Assembly (NCBI GenBank): GCA_048941265.1 | Contig: JBHLNT010000138.1 | Location: 1-11,052, forward strand | DNA length: 11,052 bases | Direction of reading: 5' to 3' | DNA from: Promethearchaeota archaeon | GTDB lineage: Archaea > Asgardarchaeota > Lokiarchaeia > Sigyniarchaeales > SOKP01 | Shown: positions 1 through 7,400 of the stretch, piece after piece | Numbering within the stretch: position 1 is the first letter of the stretch | Layout: every line of letters begins with the position of its first letter | Notes under the pieces: generated by a model | Told to the model about the DNA's origin: nothing | Database searches by the model: none | The model's input: the letters and a program-made list of their open reading frames with translations, nothing else | Made by a program: the position numbers and the translations under genes

Positions 1-753
1 ATCGAGAAAGAGATAAGTCAAATTAGTAAATAAATCATTTACATTTTGACCTGTTTTGGCTGATGTTATAAAATAATGCATATCAAGTTTTTCAGCTTCA
101 AGTTGTAAATCCTGTTCGTCTATTACAATTTCTTCTACTAAATCTGATTTATTTCCAACTAAAATATATGGAATTTTCTTTGAAACTGCTCTACTAGAAT
201 CCTTATACCACTTTTCAGCGTTTTCTAGAGTTTTCGGTCTGGTCCTGTCCACTACAATAATGGCCGATTGAGCTCCTTCATAAAAATCTTTTCTATATGG
301 TGACATATAGGTAACTTGACCTCCAACGTCCCAAATCACAAGCTTTACATGCGTATCTTCAAAATCTAGTTTTTTAGTCGATATTTTTAGCTGAACCGTT
401 GGTATATACCCGAAATCAAAAGTATTATCAATATATCTTCTTGTAATGGCTGTTTTACCGACTTCATAATCACCGATAATTATAACCTTCATGATATATT
501 CACCTCTTGGGAGCCTTTTTTTGGTCTCTATCTCAAAATCAACTTTTTGATACCCTCGTATTTTAAAATCCTTATCAATGAAAGCTTGAAAATGATGTTC
601 ACAAATTTCATTTTTTTGAATTGAAACCGTTGTTAAAGTTTTATCTTGGCTAATCATGGATTTTGAAATTCTTAATTTTTTTTCAGCTTTACAAACGGGG
701 CACACAAATTTGAGAATTTTCTCATTTTGAGAATTAAATTTATCATCTTGCAT
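1..753 (-). CDS. Small GTPase (Ras superfamily, Rab/Arf-like) with N-terminal Cys/His zinc-ribbon-like domain; 3'-partial (no stop inside window)
   Basis: Not in the ORF track; translated by hand from ATG at 753 (in-frame TAG 5 codons upstream), 251 open codons to the edge: MQDDKFNSQNEKILKFVCPVCKAEKK...ICEHHFQAFIDKDFKIRGYQKVDFE...MKVIIIGDYEVGKT (G1, 474..451)...YIPTV (G2)...IWDVGGQ (G3)...LVGNKSD (G4)...TSAKTG (G5)...LFTNLTYLFLD. All five G motifs are in order. Confidence 0.95.
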   Translation of the reverse strand, partial: MQDDKFNSQNEKILKFVCPVCKAEKKLRISKSMISQDKTLTTVSIQKNEICEHHFQAFIDKDFKIRGYQKVDFEIETKKRLPRGEYIMKVIIIGDYEVGKTAITRRYIDNTFDFGYIPTVQLKISTKKLDFEDTHVKLVIWDVGGQVTYMSPYRKDFYEGAQSAIIVVDRTRPKTLENAEKWYKDSSRAVSKKIPYILVGNKSDLVEEIVIDEQDLQLEAEKLDMHYFITSAKTGQNVNDLFTNLTYLFLD

Positions 754-981
754 TATATCATATACCTATTTGCTATTGGAAAAATTTCTCTCTAATATTT
801 CATTTTAATTAATAAAAGAAAAGATCTAAAATATCTATTAAATTAGCCTATTATATCCATATGATAAATTAAGATTATTTAAAGCTATTTAAATACCTTC
901 GATTATTGAGTTATAGCTGATAATAGATAAAATTAAACCAATATATAGAAAATAGTAAAATGTATATATCCTTTGATAATA

Positions 982-2589
982 TTATGATGAATCTACTTGA
1001 GGAAGAAGCAAAATAAATTTACTTCCTTTAGAATAATCTCCCTTAACTTTATCCTCTACCCAAATCATTCCATTAAAGATTTCAACAATTTTTTTTACCA
1101 AGGAAAGTCCTAAACCCATACCTTTTGTTCCTTTAAATTCACTACTTCTTTTGAAAATCGATACTTTTCTCTCATCTGCAATGCCAATCCCATTGTCAAT
1201 AAATTCTATTTTGATAAAATTTTTATCGTCTCTCTTTATTTGAGAAATTTTTATATTAATCTCTATCTCAGAATTCTCATTATACATGATACCATTTATT
1301 ATAATATTTTCAAAGATATCCTGTAAAAATTCATTAGCAATGGCATAATAGACTTTTTCAGGAGGGGCAATTTTAATCTTAATATTCTTATCTTGGTATG
1401 TTTTCTTTACGTAATTAATGGCAAATTTTAAAAAGTGAATAATCTCTATTTTTTTAGTAGATTGTGGAATTTCTTCTAATTCCGTTAATTTGTGAACATT
1501 AGAAATTAATTTCACACCTCGCTGAACTTGTTTCTTGATATTATTTTTAACCGTTATAATATCTTCAGACTTTACCGAACCATCGAGATAATATGAAAAA
1601 AGGTCCGCAGAGGTGTTCATAACTGTTAAAATGTTTTTTATATCATGAGCGAATAGATCTCTGTAAAAATTTGCTTTTTCATATGCTCTACGATATTTAT
1701 TTTCTGATTCCCTTAATTCTTTCATTCTCTGTTCTATTTTATGCTTTAATTCCTCATTCAATTTTTTTAAATGTTTTTCAGATTCTTTTAATTTTTGCAG
1801 AGTAATCATTTTTTCAGTTATATCATCATAAACAGCAACAATTTCTCCGGAGGATAGTTTATATACATAATTTTCTCGCCACCCTTTAATTCTATCATCC
1901 TCATAAAGTGTAATGGGATGATATTCTGGTTTCCCTGTTTTCCAAACTCTCTGAAAAACATCAAAAAGCCCAAATTTTTTCACTCCAGGAAATACTTCAA
2001 GCACAGATTTACCAATGATCTCCGATTTTTTAATATTATCAATTTTTTCTCCAGCTAAATTGAATTCCTTGAATATAAAGTCTATTCCATTCTTAATGGC
2101 TTCATAAACTGCCACTCCGCTACTCATATGATTAAAAAGCTCTCTAAATTTCTCCTCAGATGATTTCATTATTAGTTCTGATTTCTTACGTTCAGTTATG
2201 TCTTGAATTTGAACTAAATAATTATTAACATTTTCACCTTTTTCAAAATAAATTGGAGTAATTAGTACATCTAAATACATAATTCCTGATTTTAAAGTCT
2301 TATATAATTTTAATTTCTTAACTTTTTCAAAATCAAAGGCAGCTTCATAACGAATACTATTGCCACTCTTTAACTTCTTCAATTCTTTTTTAGGGATATT
2401 AGGATCATTGAACAGATCGAATCCTTTCACGTATGAAAGACTCGGAACACCAAATAATTCTAAACATGTTTTATTCACACTGATTAATTTGCCATTAGAA
2501 TCATATATTTCAATTGCAATTAGTGAATTTAAAAAAATATTTTCGAATTTTTTCTGTGTTTCTTTTATTTTTAGTTCAATTTTAGACAA
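982..2589 (-). CDS. Cytoplasmic PAS-PAS sensor histidine kinase (two PAS/PAC domains, coiled coil, HisKA-like, HATPase_c)
   Basis: PAS/PAC signatures (FENIFLNSLIAIEIYDSNGKLISVN...QIQDITERK; FRELFNHMSSGVAVY...VYDDITEK), H-box FAHDIKNIL, N-box ENIIINGIMYN, G1 DNGIGI, G2 GMGLGL. No obvious TM segment. The TTG start is supported by an SD 7 nt upstream. Confidence 0.95.
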   Translation of the reverse strand: MSKIELKIKETQKKFENIFLNSLIAIEIYDSNGKLISVNKTCLELFGVPSLSYVKGFDLFNDPNIPKKELKKLKSGNSIRYEAAFDFEKVKKLKLYKTLKSGIMYLDVLITPIYFEKGENVNNYLVQIQDITERKKSELIMKSSEEKFRELFNHMSSGVAVYEAIKNGIDFIFKEFNLAGEKIDNIKKSEIIGKSVLEVFPGVKKFGLFDVFQRVWKTGKPEYHPITLYEDDRIKGWRENYVYKLSSGEIVAVYDDITEKMITLQKLKESEKHLKKLNEELKHKIEQRMKELRESENKYRRAYEKANFYRDLFAHDIKNILTVMNTSADLFSYYLDGSVKSEDIITVKNNIKKQVQRGVKLISNVHKLTELEEIPQSTKKIEIIHFLKFAINYVKKTYQDKNIKIKIAPPEKVYYAIANEFLQDIFENIIINGIMYNENSEIEINIKISQIKRDDKNFIKIEFIDNGIGIADERKVSIFKRSSEFKGTKGMGLGLSLVKKIVEIFNGMIWVEDKVKGDYSKGSKFILLLPQVDSS

Positions 2590-2596
2590 AATCCAC

Positions 2597-2603
2597 TCAC
2601 CTC
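2597..2603 (-). promoter_or_regulatory. Shine-Dalgarno GAGGTGA for the histidine kinase
   Basis: Minus strand reads GAGGTGA-gtggatt-TTG(2589); matches the archaeal GGAGGTGA consensus with 7-nt spacing. Confidence 0.75.
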
Positions 2604-2802
2604 GAAGAAATACATGTAATTATACTTTAATCTACCCTTGTCAGAATTATCAATCACGTTTAACTTTATAAAATTTATGCAATAGATTTTATATTAAGGT
2701 GATATGTTAACATAATACATTATACACTCCCATCTTAAAAAGTTAAGTCTCCAAATTGAAGCTTTATAAATGATTTAAATAAACATATGGAAATCTAATA
2801 AT

Positions 2803-2820
2803 AAGAAAAAAAAGAAAAGA
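2803..2820 (-). terminator. Oligo-U tract terminator of the histone gene
   Basis: Minus strand TCTTTTCTTTTTTTTCTT about 30 nt after the histone TAA (2851); typical archaeal U-tract terminator. Confidence 0.6.
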
Positions 2821-2850
2821 TTATGAATTATTTTTTTTGATTTGACTTGC

Positions 2851-3092
2851 TTAGATTAATTTCATTGCCAAGTCCATATCCTCTAAAGTTAATTTCTTTC
2901 TTCCGGCGTGTCGGGTCATTTCAAGGGCTTTGTTGGTTACATTTTTGGCTGTTTTCTCTAAATAATCAATTAAGGCATCAACAGCATCTCTGGCAACCAT
3001 TTCAGCACCATTGTCTTTCATCAACTTACGAACTGGACTCCAGGCAAATTTAAAGAGAATTTGCGAAGTGCTAATCTTACCTTCTTTGCCAT
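2851..3092 (-). CDS. Archaeal histone (HMf-like histone fold), proposed spliced CDS join(3092..3079,3049..2851), 70 aa: MAKKVFAWSPVRKLMKDNGAEMVARDAVDALIDYLEKTAKNVTNKALEMTRHAGRKKLTLEDMDLAMKLI
   Basis: Histone-fold signature PVRKLMK..GAEMVARDA..HAGRKKLTLEDM (equivalents of HMfB R10, H49, R52, K53, D59). The histone identity is near certain; the exon structure is inferred from the BHB motif (14+199=213 nt=70 codons+stop). The ORF track alternative is an unspliced 83-aa ORF from ATG 3102. Confidence 0.9.
3050..3078 (-). other. Putative 29-nt bulge-helix-bulge (BHB) intron in histone mRNA: AAGAUUAGCACUUCGCAAAUUCUCUUUAA
   Basis: Exon helix GGCAAA(3090..3085)/UUUGCC(3048..3043); 4-bp central helix GAAG(3084..3081)/CUUU(3055..3052) with one G-U; 3-nt bulges GUA(3080..3078) and AAA(3051..3049); intron helix AGA/UCU extended by UU/AA and GC/GC around loop ACUUC. 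Cleavage after the 2nd nt of each bulge removes 29 nt and restores the frame. Confidence 0.8.
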
Positions 3093-3103
3093 TTTTTATC
3101 ATT

Positions 3104-3108
3104 CCTCC
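3104..3108 (-). promoter_or_regulatory. Shine-Dalgarno GGAGG for the histone gene
   Basis: Minus strand GTGGAGGAATGATAAAAAATGGCA. GGAGG is 1 nt from ATG 3102 (too close) and 11 nt from ATG 3092. Confidence 0.7.
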
Positions 3109-3124
3109 ACTTTATAATTTTTAA

Positions 3125-3177
3125 TAATATTTCATAAAGTTCGTAATTTTTCATTTGAACTTTATTATTTAATATTA
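3125..3177. repeat. Interrupted inverted repeat in the histone upstream/5'UTR region
   Basis: ATAAAGTTC(3134..3142)/GAACTTTAT(3157..3165) perfect 9-bp arms with a 14-nt spacer, flanked by TAATATT(3125..3131)/AATATTA(3171..3177). Confidence 0.6.
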
Positions 3178-3188
3178 CTTCTTTCAAA

Positions 3189-3197
3189 TATTTAAAA
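3189..3197 (-). promoter_or_regulatory. Candidate TATA box of the histone gene (possibly bidirectional)
   Basis: Minus strand TTTTAAATA would put the TSS near 3165-3170; plus strand reads TTTAAAAG from 3191. The AT-rich background makes this weak. Confidence 0.4.
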
Positions 3198-3216
3198 GTT
3201 ATGTAAAATTCTCGAT

Positions 3217-3351
3217 ATGATATGTTTGGGTTAATAATTTCGTCCGAATATCCAAATTGCGAAGTCTGAGAAGAAAAGCGGCTGAGATAGTTCTGAGCCT
3301 TTAGATCAGAGATCTCTATCTAACTTATATCGCTTGATATCATTACGCTGA
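3217..3351 (+). ncRNA. Candidate structured small RNA (boundaries approximate)
   Basis: Locally GC-richer non-coding island with a three-part hairpin: AAGCGG(3276..3281)/TCGCTT(3330..3335), AGATAG(3285..3290)/CTATCT(3316..3321), TTCTGA(3291..3296)/TCAGAG(3306..3311). Two G-U pairs work only on the + strand. Four CTGA motifs (3266, 3282, 3293, 3348). No family recognised. Confidence 0.3.
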
Positions 3352-3610
3352 ATTACCAAGCTAAAACGTGGAACAATCATAAGAATATTATCATAATAAT
3401 TGATTTGGGTTATCTTATGATATTTTACCAACTATTAATTATTATTTATTCCTAATTATTAAATTTAATGGAGCATTAGTGATATTTTACCTATTAGACT
3501 TGTGAATTTTCATTGATTTAGATTCTACTAAAAACTTTTTACGATATTCCTAATGGTTCTTTAATTACCTGCCATAATATAATCTCGACTAGAAGAAATT
3601 ATGTTTTTTT

Positions 3611-3618
3611 TTTATAAA
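3611..3618 (+). promoter_or_regulatory. TATA box for a probably leaderless transcript of the 3640 CDS
   Basis: TTTATAAA begins 29 nt upstream of ATG 3640 and no SD is visible. Confidence 0.5.
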
Positions 3619-3639
3619 TATTGAGTTTAGTTGATACCG

Positions 3640-4464
3640 ATGCCGACTTTAAGGATTTACTATGATGCATTTTTTGATGCTGAATTAGAAGATATTGAAA
3701 AAAAAATAGAAACACAGTCAGCATACTTTAATGAGAAATACGATTTGCTTCAATCGGGTTTTTATAATAAAAGTAGTATTCTTCAGCAAGTTTTAGAAAG
3801 TTATTATGTAGCTAATTATATTGATAAAGGAAGTAAATCAATACCATCTATTAATTCAGAATTAGCCTACTTTAATTTTGTTGAAGGTAATAGTGAATCG
3901 GAGGAAAAAATATTTCCAATTCTAATAAAATTAATATTTAACAAAAAATTTGGAATTTTATGTTTTTATAGCAAGCAAATAATACGAAATCGAGAGGCAA
4001 ATGCCCTCATTAGAAAGTTACAAACCAAATACGGTTTTAACTTTAAATTCTCGCTTGTTAATAATCATCATGTTTTTAGGAGGAATGAGCTAAATGTGTT
4101 CTTAAATGTTCTAGATATAAGTGATTTTACCGCCATATCTGTGTATGATGCAGATAATGAATTAATTGTTAAGAATACCACTACTCTCACTAAAACAAAA
4201 AAGGTATTGCTTTTTCTTGATGAGGTATTTAGTGGAAATTGGTCTTATGTAAGATTAATTAATGCAAAATTGGAATTCGAAATTCGTTTAAGTAATAATA
4301 AAACACAAAATTATCTTACATTTGAAAATAAGTATATTGATGATATTCATTTAGTTAAAGTTATAGACTATTTAACTAAAAAGATTAAGGAAGCAGAAAA
4401 AGCTTCCGTGTTAAATGAAAAAAAACAAACTTGCTTAGATTATTATCAAAAATTAGTTGTATAA
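3640..4464 (+). CDS. Hypothetical protein (274 aa) with C-terminal PIP-box-like motif
   Basis: Long open frame with globular alpha/beta-like composition. ATG 3640 is preferred over TTG 3631 from TATA spacing. Ends ...NEKKQTCLDYYQKLVV. No family recognised. Confidence 0.8.
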   Translation: MPTLRIYYDAFFDAELEDIEKKIETQSAYFNEKYDLLQSGFYNKSSILQQVLESYYVANYIDKGSKSIPSINSELAYFNFVEGNSESEEKIFPILIKLIFNKKFGILCFYSKQIIRNREANALIRKLQTKYGFNFKFSLVNNHHVFRRNELNVFLNVLDISDFTAISVYDADNELIVKNTTTLTKTKKVLLFLDEVFSGNWSYVRLINAKLEFEIRLSNNKTQNYLTFENKYIDDIHLVKVIDYLTKKIKEAEKASVLNEKKQTCLDYYQKLVV

Positions 4465-4468
4465 TTTT

Positions 4469-7400
4469 TTATTCAATACGATTTATATCTTCTTGGATGC
4501 TATTAAAAACTATCTTAAGCAAGACTTCTTCTGCTTTATTGTAGGTCACAGGTAAAATTTGATTATTTGTCCAAAATTGATAGGATTCCATGAACTTAGT
4601 TAGAGTTTCTGTTGATTTTACAGCGGTTAAAGCTTCATGATATTTTTGAAAATATTTTTCCAATGGATTGAATTCTTCAATGACCTCATCTGGTTGTTCA
4701 ATTGGAATATGTGCTAAAAATTCTTCCTTATATAAAATAATCTTATCATATCCTTCCCGCATCCTTTCAATGTGTTCCATGAAATTTTGATCACTTATAA
4801 ATTTATTAAGTCGTTCGGTCGAAATTTCTCGTGCTTTTTCTATATCATATGATTCCCCTGGTGAAATTAAATTCTTTTCCTTTAGTCCTCTGACCAGTTC
4901 TAAAATTTTATCAAATTCATTCGTAAAATCCCCAATCTTTTCAAAATATGAGGGAAAAATAGCAGGGAGATTTGGATTAATATTTTTAATGATTTCTGTG
5001 AAAGTTAGCAATTCTTTTGCAAACAATATTCTTGAATCTATGATTGGCATACATTTATTTGCTTCGATTATAAGGTCATCCATCAAGCTGAATTTTAACA
5101 TATCGGATTTTTGTTGATCGAGCATACTTTTAAGCCTTATCATTTTTTCTGAATCTTCTGATTCTCCTTCTGAGACCGAACTTTGAATATCTTGATGTAA
5201 TTGTTCGATATTCATTGTATATTCTCTTCGTTTTAATTTGCTAAGAAAGAATTCCAATGATTTCACTTTTATAAACTCTTTATGCTCTTCAAGGAAGTTT
5301 TCAATAAGCTCAAAAGTTTTTTGAAGCGGTTCATACAAATACTTGAGGATATAAATGAATACTAAGCGATCAGCTATCGTAATTTTATTATCATAGAATC
5401 TGGTCAATTCTAAATTATCATACAAATCAAATAACATTTCAAAGAATTCCTTTAGTAAATCTCGGTTTTTAACAGCATCGAGGGGAGTTTCTTCTGATTC
5501 TTTAAGATAATTTTTATTAAAGTTGCGAACCGAATCAATATAATAATATAAGGCACTTAAATTTCCTAAAGTATTTAAACGCCTGATGTATTCGAGAAAT
5601 TCCTTTCCGATATCGTTTAGTGGACTGACATCTTCGAACATATCAACAAATAATTCCGGATAATCCTTTTTAGATATATCAAATGTTTTAATATAATATC
5701 CTTTGAGCGTCAATATAGGGATGATCGATCTTATGGTCATAACTCTTCTCATTATTGCCTTTAAATCTTCTTGCACAATTGCTAAAATTTGCTCATTTAG
5801 TTTTCCTCTTTTATCATCTATAGCAAATTCTCGTTCTTTTAATAATTGTTTTAACTTGATGGCTCGAACCATTGAATTACGCCCGCCATAAATTTCAATA
5901 TAAATTTTAGCTAAGATCATTATGGCCACCGACCCCGTAAGCATCTTATCTGATTTTTTACTTTTAAGAATTTGGCGGGTTAACAAATTCATTAACCGAA
6001 TTGTAAAGAGTTTATCATCATCACGAGGCAATTCATCGATTTTTTGATGAAAGTCTTCTAATATTTTTTGTTTAGGATATGAATTTTCCCATAGTTGATC
6101 GAAAATTTTATTTCCCTCTTCATTCTCTAAAATTTCTAAAAACCGAGGAATTATCGTATTGATAGCGTTAGCCCACTTATAATGTTCTTCAAACACAGGA
6201 AATTCAGAACGAAATTCTTCAATTAATGTATGTACATTAGGGGCTTCTTCAATAGTTTTAGGGCCTTCATATTTACCAAGAGTATAATCAACAATATCAT
6301 CGAAAGTAGGAGTTCTCGATTTTATGGGGGTAGGCCTTTCTATTTCAAGAAACAATTGATATAATTCAAATAAATTTCTGCATTTTCGTTTAGAACGGTT
6401 AATTACATATTGATTAATTTCTTCTTGACTTAACTCATTAACATCTATCAAGGAACGTGTAAACATTAATGATCTAGTTAAAATCTTTTCAATTTCTTTT
6501 GATTCTAAATTTCCCATTGTTTCAGAATATTTAGTTAAAAATCTCGCTATATCAGAGCCTAAATATGAACCATGTTCTTCGGGGATTTCAGAAATAGCCT
6601 CCAACAGATCATTTATAAATGTCTGTGCCTTGACTTCACCTAGTTGTCTAATATATTTTTCTTCTGCTCGCTTTAAAAATCCCCCGACATCAGTGAATTT
6701 TTTGCGTTTCTCTTCAGAGCCAAGAATATGGGTAATAACATCTTCTAAATTCTGAGATGACTGAAGTAAATTACCTTCCTTAGCCATATCTAAGAATGCT
6801 GTAAATAAATCGATCAATCCGCTCATTTTATTCTTACTTCTTCTAATAATTTCTTGATCAACTTGTTTTCGATTCATTCCATTAACATCAGAAAGAGATT
6901 GCGCAAATATGAGAATATGCTTTAAAATATTTCCTAATACCTCGGGATAAAAACGAAAAGTGTCTTCTGAGAATTTGAATACATATTTTGCAATTTCAGA
7001 ATCAGCAGTACCTTTAAAATCATCAACGATATTTTTTAAAGCTTTATTAACTTCTTCTGAGAACTCTGCTGCTTTATCATTCCCAATCTTTTGAGTAAAA
7101 TTTTCTGCAGATCTCTTAATAAATAATTCAAATTCTTCAAATTTAGCAATTTCAATGGATTCACCAACTGTAAAACTAATAATATCTTCAAACCGTTCAG
7201 AACCTTTCAATATTTCGCCATTTTCAGCTTTTGCTACAAATCTTTGTAATAAATCTGATAAATTACGTATTTCGGATTTACTTCTAATTATTAGATTTTG
7301 ATTTACTTGCTTTACATTCTGATTGGCAAGATCTTGAAGTGAGTTAGTGAACATTAAAAAATGATTCAAAATTCCCTCAACATATACATCCGGTATCTTT

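Noticed and set aside
2360-2671. 103-aa + strand ORF
   Set aside because: Mostly antisense to the histidine kinase; F/S/I-rich shadow composition with no motif.
2847-3053. 68-aa + strand ORF
   Set aside because: Antisense shadow of the histone gene; TTG start, no recognisable features.
3046-3092. Sequencing error, pseudogene or programmed frameshift as the explanation for the out-of-frame MAKK start
   Set aside because: None of these explains the full hBHBh' pairing whose canonical cut sites restore the frame, and the histone fold is intact. Not formally excluded without reads.
2851-3102. 83-aa unspliced histone ORF with an 18-aa N-terminal 'tail' as the primary gene model
   Set aside because: Its ATG is only 1 nt from GGAGG, and the extension coincides with a canonical BHB intron. 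Disfavoured, but kept as a possible minor isoform.
3276-3335. Hairpin as SECIS, tRNA or canonical C/D or H/ACA RNA
   Set aside because: No AUGA/GA quartet with apical AA, no nearby gene with an in-frame UGA, no cloverleaf, no RUGAUGA box C at proper spacing and no clear terminal ACA.
5703-5891. 62-aa + strand ORF
   Set aside because: Short antisense shadow inside the 1034-aa CDS.
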